A stretch of DNA of 64,000 nucleotides, from assembly GCA_963796685.1 (NCBI GenBank), contig CAWCMR010000001.1, forward strand, positions 93,053-157,052, written 5' to 3'. Position 1 is the first letter of the stretch. Each line of letters opens with the position of its first letter. Positions 1 through 8,508 of the stretch are shown here, piece by piece. The stretch comes from an uncultured delta proteobacterium. Its GTDB lineage: Bacteria > Myxococcota_A > Polyangia > Fen-1088. Position numbers and translations under genes: made by a program. The notes below the pieces were generated by a model that saw only the letters and a list, made by a program, of their open reading frames with translations, was not told the origin of the DNA and searched no databases.

Positions 1-1406
1 TCGTTGGCCGGAACGTCGCAGGTCTTGACGTCGGTGCTGTCGAACGGGTTCGGATCGAGATAGCGATACCAGCCCTGCCCGGCGCGGTTGCAGACCTCGT
101 GGTTGCCGCGGACCATGACCCACGGGGCAGCCGCGAGCAGGGGCGCCGCCGGCGTGAAGAAGTCCGCCGCCCAGGCGTCAGAACCGTAGCCCCAGGGCTG
201 TCCAGCGCAGGCTGTGTTGCCTGGAGGGCAGGGATTATCGCGATACTCATAGTCGCCCACGTGCAGGACGAGATCCGGCTGCATGGCCGCGGCCGCCGAC
301 GAGATGACGGAGAAGGGCCACTGCGTGGGATCGGCGCAGGCCTGGTAGACGTTTCCGATCGAGATTCGGCACCCGGTGTCACCCAGGATCACGACGCGGT
401 TGACGACCGGCTTAGGCAGCGGCAGCTTGATGCCGGTCACAGTGGCCATAGTCGCCCCCGCGGGGAGAAGGAATTCGCAGGTCGTCGTCGTGAAGATGGA
501 GGGCTTGGAGTTGCCCGACGTTGTCGCCGCGGCGAGCGTCGTATCTGTGCTCGTGGTGCGGATCGGAAGGCTGGCCGGCAGCGCACGGACCGTCATGGCG
601 CTCGCGACCCCGTCGACGGTGATCGAGGGGCACACGGTGTACGGCGTGATGAGCCGTGCGATGGCCCGGCTGTTGGCGCCGATTTCGACCCACGCCTGTG
701 CGCCGACAGCCGAGTCCGCAGGGCAAGTCAGCAGGAGGTTGAAGGTGTCGGTGCAACCCGGATCCCCGTCGCTGACTGTGAGGGTGAGCGAGGCATTTCC
801 CGGCCCGCTGCATGCGAAGATCGGGTTCGCGACCGTCGTGCTGCTGAGCGTTCCGCCGCTGGCGGTCCACAGATAGGAGATCGGCCCCGGACCGCTGTCG
901 GGGTCGGTGGCCGTGCTGAAGAGCGCGATGGTGTTGCCCACGGGCGCATTCGCGCTGATGCTGGCGACGCTCGCGCAAACGTTGATTTGCCCGCTCACCG
1001 AGATGCTTCCGGTGTTGTGCGCTTGTTTGCAGTCGAGATGCACCGCGACGGCAGTCGTCATCGACGCCGCCACGGCAAAGGGCGCCGAGGTCCCCGTGCA
1101 GGTCGTGGTTCCATCGGTGGACGTTCCCGTGAGCGTCAGGGTGTAGGGCGAGCCCGCCGCGATGTTGCCGATCACCACGCTGATGGTCGCGGAGTGCGAG
1201 ACATCCACGGTGCCCGAGTAGGAATGCGGGCCAGTGGTCGAATAGGCCACGGTATTCAAGAAGACGCCCGGCCCAGCTTGAAGCTGAAGCTCTACGCGGC
1301 CGAGGGCACCGCTGCCATTGTCGCCACTGCTCGGTCCCCCGCTGTTGCAGGCTGCGACACTGGCGCACACGAAAACGAAGAGCAGACTTGCGTTGAGCTT
1401 GATCAC
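1..1406 (-). CDS. Lipoprotein with N-terminal Ig-like region and C-terminal calcineurin-like metallophosphoesterase (runs off window start)
   Basis: Not in the ORF track; translated by hand from GTG at 1406 with GGAGG RBS. MIKLNASLLFVFVCASVAAC lipobox; motifs VILGDTGC, LHVGDY and VRGNHE. Confidence 0.85.
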   Translation of the reverse strand, partial: MIKLNASLLFVFVCASVAACNSGGPSSGDNGSGALGRVELQLQAGPGVFLNTVAYSTTGPHSYSGTVDVSHSATISVVIGNIAAGSPYTLTLTGTSTDGTTTCTGTSAPFAVAASMTTAVAVHLDCKQAHNTGSISVSGQINVCASVASISANAPVGNTIALFSTATDPDSGPGPISYLWTASGGTLSSTTVANPIFACSGPGNASLTLTVSDGDPGCTDTFNLLLTCPADSAVGAQAWVEIGANSRAIARLITPYTVCPSITVDGVASAMTVRALPASLPIRTTSTDTTLAAATTSGNSKPSIFTTTTCEFLLPAGATMATVTGIKLPLPKPVVNRVVILGDTGCRISIGNVYQACADPTQWPFSVISSAAAAMQPDLVLHVGDYEYRDNPCPPGNTACAGQPWGYGSDAWAADFFTPAAPLLAAAPWVMVRGNHEVCNRAGQGWYRYLDPNPFDSTDVKTCDVPAN

Positions 1407-1481
1407 GCTGGGCCTCCGATGGGGAATGGAATCCGAGTCGACGGTTTCGGTTCTTCGATTCCGCGCCTCGTGAAAGGGTTT

Positions 1482-1499
1482 GCAACAAAAGTGTTTCAG
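1482..1499 (-). promoter_or_regulatory. Weak Pho-box-like direct repeat
   Basis: Minus strand CTGAAAC-ACTT-TTGTTGC, 11-bp period, ~75 bp upstream of the phosphoesterase start. Confidence 0.3.
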
Positions 1500-2018
1500 T
1501 CCGTGCCTCAGAGTACTTGCCCAATGCACAAGCCTGCGCTTGCGTGGACAAGGATTCGGGCAAACAGCCGGCCGCAAAGTGCAAGCGGGCCTGCGGCGGC
1601 TGCCGCAACGAGACGGCTCATCGGCTACGCCTGTGCAAGAAGATCGGCGAAGCTCCTCACGCTTGAACAATCAAGGAGTCGGAAAGCAGCCCGCATACCC
1701 TCGTCCACACCCTGGATCTGTGCGCCCCGCACGTGCTCACCGGGTCGTGAGGCGGCGATCTGACTTGTCCAGCGCTCGTCGATCAGGCGCCATACGCGCG
1801 CGAACGGCATGCAAGCACGGGGCGTCAAGCGTGCGGTCTTCGGGCCTGCCAGCTGATGCCTTCCATCCATTGATGACATGCGGGCAGCTCCTTGGCCCGA
1901 CCGCAGGATCGATTGAAGAGAGCCATGAATGATTCGACGGAACCAGGAATCGGCAACCGCTTCGGAAAGATGTCCCGACCGGGGGCAACGTGCGTCCGCT
2001 ACGCAGCCCGATAAGCCA

Positions 2019-2956
2019 TCAGGCCGCCGCAGACCACTGGCGCCGCGCGTGCTCCAGGAGCAACCCTTCGCGGAGCGCGGCCCGACAGACGCGCGCTCGA
2101 GGACGTCGACGACGTCGAGCACCGAGGCCAGAATGACGGCTCCATGGATGATTTGATCCGCGCGGTCGGGGTTCAAGCCAGGAACACGGCGGCGCGCCGC
2201 CAGCGGCAGCGCGGCCAGCTGCTCGATAAGCAGGTGCAGCGTGTCTCGGCTCAGGTAATGGGAGCTTTCGCCCGACGCCGGCACCAGGCGCAGCGCGCGG
2301 GCCACGGAGCGCAGAGCTCGTGCGGTTCCCGCGCAAAGCACGACCTCGCCGAGGTCGCGCCTTTGCAGCGGGCGCAGCAGCGCGGCCACGCGACTGAACG
2401 CCCAGCGCTTGAGGGCGCGCAGGTCAAGTGGCGAAGGGGGATCCGACGACGGCTGCTCCGCCATCGCGCGCAGCACGCCGATGGGCGCCGAGGCGGTGTG
2501 AAGGATTCGACTCCCATCGCCCACCACGACCTCGAGCGATCCGCCGCCGAGATCGAAGAGCGTGGCACGACCAAGACTGCCGTCCAGCTGTGCGCGTGCG
2601 CCCACATAGGCGAGACGCGCCTCCTCGTCGCCCGAGATGACCTGGACGTCGATACCGAAGCGCGCACGAACCTTGGCCACGAACGCCTGCCCATTGCGTG
2701 CCTCGCGGACGGCGCTGGTCGCCACCGCGAGCACGGCCTGCGGTTCGTTCCGCTCAATGACCGGGACCAGCTCACCCACGGCGTGCAGAGCGCTTTCGAG
2801 CGTCGCGCCCGAGAAACCGCCGGTTCGAAAGATGGCCTCGCCAATCCTGGGCATGCGCTTGGCGCGCTCGATGACCGCCAAGCTCTCGCCACGCTCGACG
2901 TCCGCAATCAGCGCATGGAAGGAGTTGGAACCGAGATCAAGGGCCGCAAGTCGCAC
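2019..2956 (-). pseudogene. ppx: Ppx/GppA exopolyphosphatase with a frameshift near 2101
   Basis: Motifs AALDLGSNSFH, ATSAVREARN, ISGDEEAR and DLGGGSLE. The conserved C-terminal ALREGLL lies in another frame ending at 2019. Could be an assembly indel. Confidence 0.85.
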
Positions 2957-3001
2957 ACTATGAGTGTAAGCGGGCGCGAATACGCGGTTATTTCCATTTT
3001 G

Positions 3002-3019
3002 GTAACAACTTATCAACAA
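3002..3019 (-). promoter_or_regulatory. Pho-box-like direct repeat upstream of ppx
   Basis: Minus strand TTGTTGA-TAAG-TTGTTAC, 11-bp period. Confidence 0.5.
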
Positions 3020-3130
3020 CCCGGAAACGGCTTGGAGGGTGCAGAAGGCCTGACCGTCGATCTTCGATCTTCCTTCGATCTTCATACCGCATTGCGGCTC
3101 CGAATACGGTCTGAATCAGCTTAGCTCGGG

Positions 3131-3430
3131 TCATCCAGTGCCCGTCCCTGTCGAATCAACAATCGCCAGACCGGGCTGGGCTTCATCCTGAATCGGCTGC
3201 GGTTCCATCGCCGCCACCGGGGGCATGCTTTGTCGCTTTCCGCCTTTCTTGACCGCCTTCTCGACGGCTTTCTTGACCGCTTTCCTGATCGCCTTCCTAA
3301 ATGCCTTGTTGACCGCCTTGTCGATCACCTTCTTGACGGCCCGCTTGGTGAGGGCCTTTGTCTTTTCGAGAGTCTTCTTGGATTTGATCGGTTTCTTGGC
3401 TTTGGTTGCTCTCTTGGCTTTGGTTGGCAT
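3131..3430 (-). CDS. Small Lys/Ala-rich histone H1-like protein
   Basis: MPTKAKRATKAKKPIKSKK with repeated (K/R)AV(K/N/E)K-like units; strongly basic N-terminal two thirds. Confidence 0.6.
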   Translation of the reverse strand: MPTKAKRATKAKKPIKSKKTLEKTKALTKRAVKKVIDKAVNKAFRKAIRKAVKKAVEKAVKKGGKRQSMPPVAAMEPQPIQDEAQPGLAIVDSTGTGTG

Positions 3431-3519
3431 GGCGTAAATGTTGCCGCTGTGTGGGCCTGCGCGCAAGCTCGCTGAGTCCTATCCAAGCGTGCCAGCGGCG
3501 ATTCTGAGTCCCCTGCCCT

Positions 3520-3802
3520 ACGCGCTGGAAATGGACGTACTCTCCCTCTTGGCGCGTCTTGCGGCCTCGGTGCCACCGCCGAAGCTGCATCTGATTCGCT
3601 ACTGCGGGGTGCTCGCACCCGCCTCTCCGTGGCGACCACTGGTCATGCCGCCCCTGCCTGAGCCAGCACCCACGCAGACACCTTCCGCCCCGCAGGCGCA
3701 CACCAAGCCGCCAGCCAAGCCAGCACGCACCGGACCGCGCTGCCGATACTGACCGTGGGCCGAGTTGATGCGCCTGACCCTGGGGCGAGCTGTTCGAGTA
3801 GG
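3520..3802 (+). mobile_element. IS91-family (Y2) transposase C-terminal remnant
   Basis: LLARLAASVPPPKLHLIRYCGVLAP motif, then an in-frame stop at RY*PWAELMRLT. Confidence 0.7.
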
Positions 3803-4099
3803 CCGAGCGCCCCGCCGCGAGTACGCTCACCCCATTCGAATGAGCTAGGCTCCGGCGCAGAATCCGACTAAATTTTCCACATGGTCGGTACTCCCGATGT
3901 CCGAGGGCGCCAACGCTTCCAGAGCTTCCGCAAGGCATTTACTTCTCGCTTCGCCTATCATGCTGGCCGCTGGCGTCGCCCGCGGCCCTTCAGGCCGGCG
4001 TCTTCCTGCTGGCCGCCGTCGCCTACTTCCTCGCGTATGAGATTCTACGCGCCCTCATCTGCCGGACGACACTCTCGCTCGGATCGGCATCGGCCGCCT

Positions 4100-4215
4100 C
4101 GGCGCTTTCGCCGCCTGCAGGCCCACCACCGCCACCACCACCGTCTGGGGCGGATGACACATGCCAATTTCAACGTTACCTTCCCGCTGATGGACTTTCT
4201 GTTGGGCACCATGGA
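4100..4215 (+). pseudogene. Fatty acid hydroxylase/sterol desaturase C-terminal fragment
   Basis: HHRHHH...NFNVTFPLMDFLLGT matches the terminal His box region; the rest of the gene is absent. Confidence 0.5.
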
Positions 4216-4227
4216 AAGGAAGAGCCA

Positions 4228-4335
4228 GGCAACATGGACGTAGCGAAGGGTCTCGTCCATGCGCATGTGCCCGAGCCAGGTCATCAGCCTCCACGGGTTC
4301 ACGCCGAAGAACGCGGCGTGAGTCCCGAATGCACT
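4228..4335 (-). pseudogene. Tyrosine recombinase C-terminal fragment
   Basis: FGTHAAFFGVNPWRLMTWLGHMRMDETLRYVH carries the LGH...Y catalytic end. It abuts a truncated lipoprotein start (MTTRIRSKAAVLSVLCAGWGC, ~4340-4423). Confidence 0.65.
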
Positions 4336-4451
4336 CCGTGGGTTGCGGGGTATTCCCGCCACAGCCCCAACCGGCGCAAAGCACGGAAAGCACGGCCGCC
4401 TTCGATCGTATCCTGGTCGTCATGATGGCCTGACGAGTTTTCTCGGACACC

Positions 4452-5381
4452 CTACCCCCCCGCGTGAACAATCAACGGAAAAGAGAACTGCGATTCCCCG
4501 CTTACGTATGGGAAGTGCCAGTGTCGGACTACGTTCTTGATGCAGGAAGAAACCGATTCAAGGGCCACCGGAGCTTCAACGAAAACCGCCCGTACAGTAC
4601 CTGAGGCGGCGATGGTTGCAGTGACGTTCAGTCTTCCATTGGGCAAGAAGCCACCGCGCCTCTGCACACGATCGTAGCAAGCTCGCAGAGCCGCCGCGTT
4701 GTCTCTATCCTTGACGACCGACATCAGGTCGGGCCCTCCAGGTGCGCTCGCTTTGGCCACCGTCGTTTCTGTGAAAGAGGATGCCACCCCCGCGGGGCGC
4801 TTTTCTCCTCCCACGCTGGCGCCGGGTGGCGCCGCGCGTCGTGCGTCGTCCGCGAAGGGGGCGGGCTCCAGGGACAGAGGAGTGTCCTGCCTGGATAGCA
4901 GAACGGTTCGCGGTTCGATCTGGGCCGGCTTCGCCGGCGAGAGCGTCGCGATGCTCTCCACATTTTCTCTTGCGATTTGCTTGCCGGAGCTCCTTCCAGC
5001 GGTCCTTTGCTGCAGTTGCAAGACAATGGCCTCCAACTCGTTGACGAGCCGGGGCAAAGGAACGCTGGTTGCGCCGGATCGGGAACTGGCTTGCAGGAAC
5101 GCGCTGCAAGCGTGCAGAGCCAGCTCGGGCCTGTTTGCAAGCCGGTAGGCTCGGGCCAGCAGATAGTAGAGCACGAGGGGATCCTGATCCACGGCCAAAG
5201 CGGCTTGGAAATCCGCTATCGCTTCATCGTAATGGCCGAGATCGAGCGCGATGATGCCGCTGGTGCGCAAGGTGTTGGAACGGTGCTGCTCGCGGGCACC
5301 CGACAAACGCCCCGGAAGGCTCACGATGGCGACGCATATAGTCGCGATACTGATAATGCGAAGAAGCCTTCTTCCAGCCAT
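4452..5381 (-). CDS. TPR plus AgmX/PglI (TonB-C-like) C-terminal domain protein
   Basis: N-terminal hydrophobic segment; TPR LGHYDEAIADFQAAL; C-terminal ALRACYDR...GRLNVTATIAASGTV...SCIKNVVRHWHFP. Confidence 0.7.
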   Translation of the reverse strand: MAGRRLLRIISIATICVAIVSLPGRLSGAREQHRSNTLRTSGIIALDLGHYDEAIADFQAALAVDQDPLVLYYLLARAYRLANRPELALHACSAFLQASSRSGATSVPLPRLVNELEAIVLQLQQRTAGRSSGKQIARENVESIATLSPAKPAQIEPRTVLLSRQDTPLSLEPAPFADDARRAAPPGASVGGEKRPAGVASSFTETTVAKASAPGGPDLMSVVKDRDNAAALRACYDRVQRRGGFLPNGRLNVTATIAASGTVRAVFVEAPVALESVSSCIKNVVRHWHFPYVSGESQFSFPLIVHAGG

Positions 5382-5512
5382 GGAATCACCGCACTCTCCT
5401 CGCGCTGCCCAGGCCGAGCAAGCGAGATGGCGACCGTTAGCACAACTGTCTCAATTCCGTTGCACGAGTGTCAGAGCAACCGCCGTGCTGACGACCCATC
5501 GCGTCCTTTGTT

Positions 5513-5625
5513 GCAGACACCGTCCTCCCCGCAAGCGCACACCAAGCCCCCAGCCAAGCCGGCCCCCACCAGATCGCGCTGCCGATACTGGCCCTGGGCC
5601 GAGTTGATGCGCTTGACCGTAGGCT
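5513..5625 (+). mobile_element. Second IS91-family remnant (diverged direct repeat of 3674-3779)
   Basis: Encodes QTPSSPQAHTKPPAKPAPTRSRCRYWPWAELMRLT, nearly the same as the copy at 3674-3779. Confidence 0.65.
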
Positions 5626-6067
5626 TGTCCGCCGACACCCTACTCTTGGGCCTAGCCGCCCGGTCCCTACCCCACGCTGCTTCGCCGCGCCCGTCTCCCA
5701 CTGCGGGGGACGCATGAAGCTACGTGCCTGGTCCGGGAGCGCGAGAGCATCGAGCGCTTCCTCCGCCACCAAGGCCTGCGGACCAAGCCCCTCGGCCTTG
5801 CCGAAGCTCGCCCGCCACCCTACTTTCGCTCCGTCACCCCTCTCAGGCCGAGCCCCCAGGTCGAGCTGTTCGAGTAGAGTAGGCAGAGTCCTCAAGCCGA
5901 AGGGCCGTGGTCCGACCATCGGCAACTGATTGTCGGGACGCTTACGGTCCTGGCGCGAGCGTTCGTCGTCGTGGGTCGCCGTTCCCATTTGGCCATCGCC
6001 TTCGTCCGATCCCTACCCTTTCCGCACACGACACCCGCTGTGCTCGCAGCGGGGCGCCGAAAATGAG

Positions 6068-6102
6068 TCGGGCCGGCGCTCCGGGGAAAAGCGCCGGCCC
6101 GA
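6068..6102. terminator. GC-rich hairpin downstream of the 5'-nucleotidase remnant
   Basis: 13-bp inverted repeat TCGGGCCGGCGCT / AGCGCCGGCCCGA. Confidence 0.45.
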
Positions 6103-6118
6103 GCAGAGCAAGGAACGC

Positions 6119-7126
6119 TTACGGAACCTGCGTGATACGGCCGTCGGTGGCCGCGCTCACCGGAGCCGGCTGCGCTTTCAAGTACGCCACAAGCGCGTCG
6201 AGGTCGATGGGCCCAGGAACCAAATTGGTGCCGCTCTTGAAAGCAGTAAAGCCATCACCGCCGCCCGTCAGGTAGTTGTTCATGGCCACCACGAAGGTGT
6301 CGGTCGGGAGGATGGGCGTACCGTCCTTCTTTTTGAGGGAGCCCGGAACGACGATCGGACTGCTATTCGTCGCCAGCGCCGCCGCCGACCACTGGTAGGT
6401 AAAGCCCGAGATTTGAAGGATCTTATTGTATCCGGTTCCGAAGGGCGGCGCCGCGTTGCTGCCGGTCCACTGCTGCTCGAGCGCGGCGGCGAGCTGCGCG
6501 CCGGTCAGGGTTATCATCATGACCTGGTTCCCGAACGGCTGCGTGGTGAAGCAGTCGTTCCAGGTGACGGTGCAGGGCGAGCCGCTACACGACTGCGGCA
6601 GATCCGCTCGCATGCCGCCTGGGTTGGTGATGCCGAAGTCGGCGTTCATGGCCACCCGGTGCGCCTCCGCGATCAGGTCGCCAAGCGGCGCCTCGCCGGC
6701 GGAGGTCTGCGTCTTGCTGAAGATCCCCGTCGCGGTGGTGACCGGCGCGTTGGCGATGGGCCCCACCATGGCCTCGGCCGCAGCGGTGAGGGCTGCCATG
6801 GCCGCATCCGGCGTAAGGCCGGCGCCGGAATCGGCGTAGGTCGTGGGAACGCTCGCGGTCTTGGTCAGGATGTCGTCGGTCTGGCGATCGATCGTGACAT
6901 CGATGTCGTCGTACGCGGTGCTAGCCGAGTACGCCTGAACGACCAAGGTGTCCTTGTTGCCGGCGTTCTTGACGTAGGCGTTGGTGAAGACATGGGTGTG
7001 GGCGGTGATGACCACGTCCACGTCAGCGTCGAGACGATTCACGAAGGCGGTCGTGTCGCTGGGCGCCGTGACGGTCGTCTTGGTGGCGCCGGCGTAGCCC
7101 GACATCGAGCCGCCGCCCCAGTGCCC
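6119..7126 (-). pseudogene. 5'-nucleotidase/metallophosphatase, N-terminally truncated
   Basis: DVVITAHTH, GEAPLGDLIAEA, NPGGMRADL, QPFGN and NNYLTGGGDGF are present. The signal peptide and first metal motifs (DxH, GD, GNHE) are missing. Confidence 0.75.
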
Positions 7127-7359
7127 TTTCGAGGTTCGCGGTCCAATTGACCGTGCGACGATAGAGCGTCGTGAAAGAAGCCTGCGCTACGTTTGCGTTA
7201 GAGAATTGCAAGCAAATCGCAGACAAGGGGAGCAGATGGAGGTCTGGCTCGGTGGCGTGCACGACGGCGGGGGTGTGCGCCGTCTCCCGCTCTTCCCCAT
7301 GTCAGACCTCGCACGGGCTCGATGAGCGACAACCTTATGCCCTTACGCACCAAGGATTG

Positions 7360-7387
7360 TGTCACCATTGCGTGACAGGCGTGTTCC
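7360..7387 (+). promoter_or_regulatory. Pho-box-like repeat array/palindrome upstream of the EEP gene
   Basis: GTCAC (7361), GTGAC (7372), GTTCC (7383) at 11-bp period; also reads as the palindrome TGTCAC-N6-GTGACA. Confidence 0.35.
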
Positions 7388-7502
7388 AGCGTTGCACCTG
7401 TTCAGATGGACGGCGTCGGACGAACGCAATCGTAACGGGACCCTGGCGGCCTCGCCGTGGGACAATGGCGCACGCATCGGTCAGGAGCACTGCGAACGCA
7501 CC

Positions 7503-8501
7503 ATGAATCTCACCATTACCACTTTCAACTTGGAAAACCTGTTTACACGCTACGCAACAATCGACGACCCCATCGTCCCCCGCAATCCGCGCGTCGTCAT
7601 GACGGGTGTGACGTCGATCAACTACCAAGGAAATCCCCTGTCCAGCGCCACCACCGCGCTCCAACGCAACAACACGGCGGCGGCCATTCTCGAGTGCCAG
7701 CCGGACGTTCTCGCGGTTCAAGAGGTGGAGAATCTGTGGACACTGCGACTGTTCAACGATCAGTATCTGTCGGGCTATTTTGGCCCGCTCATCCTCATCG
7801 AAGGCAATGACGGCCGAGGCATCGACGTGGGGCTCTGCCTTCGCAAAGGCCTGGCCGCTACGATTGCCGGCATCCGCACGCACGTCGATGACCTGGATCC
7901 CAATCGCAAGAACAAGGACGCATCGACGGTCGCGCGCTACTACAACGAATCGACGAACGAGCTGACCGTGACCGGCGCGCTATTTTCTCGCGACTGTCTC
8001 GAGGTCGACGTCGATGTCGGCTCGTCCACGGCGGTGCCGCTCACGTTTTTGATCAATCACTTCAAATCCCAGAACGATGCCCAGAAAGCCGACGACATCC
8101 TGCGCGCAAATCAAGCCGCGAAGGTCGCGGAGTACGTCAAGGCCGTCCGGGCGCGATCACGCAAGGTGGTCGTGCTCGGCGACTTGAACGAGGACTTCAC
8201 CCGAAAGCCGTCGAACCTGCAGCCGCTCCAGGACCTCATCGCCGCCGGGATGCTCGCCGATCCGTTCGGCGACGATCCGGATACCGCTCGCTGGACACAT
8301 TACTACGAAGTCGGAGACGAGGTCAGCCGCCTGGACTACCTTCTCGTCGACCCATCGCTCGCTATCGCCTCCAAGTCCGTGCTCCGAAAAGGGATCACCC
8401 AGAAGTGTCGGGTTGCGGGAACCCGGTACCCGACGGTCGGCTACGTCGCATCCGAGGCCAGCGATCACTGCCCGGTTTCCGTTACGCTGGCTCTCGGATA
8501 A
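7503..8501 (+). CDS. Endonuclease/exonuclease/phosphatase (EEP) family protein
   Basis: TTFNLENLF, DVLAVQEVE, NDGRGIDVG, NHFKS, LGDLN, LDYLL and SDHCPV motifs. Confidence 0.9.
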   Translation: MNLTITTFNLENLFTRYATIDDPIVPRNPRVVMTGVTSINYQGNPLSSATTALQRNNTAAAILECQPDVLAVQEVENLWTLRLFNDQYLSGYFGPLILIEGNDGRGIDVGLCLRKGLAATIAGIRTHVDDLDPNRKNKDASTVARYYNESTNELTVTGALFSRDCLEVDVDVGSSTAVPLTFLINHFKSQNDAQKADDILRANQAAKVAEYVKAVRARSRKVVVLGDLNEDFTRKPSNLQPLQDLIAAGMLADPFGDDPDTARWTHYYEVGDEVSRLDYLLVDPSLAIASKSVLRKGITQKCRVAGTRYPTVGYVASEASDHCPVSVTLALG

Positions 8502-8508
8502 CACTCAA

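Noticed and set aside
99-1763. 554-aa plus-strand ORF and many other long Arg/Gly-rich ORFs (e.g. 34922-36442, 62430-63803)
   Set aside because: Antisense or frame shadows of genes with clear motifs; typical of high-GC DNA.
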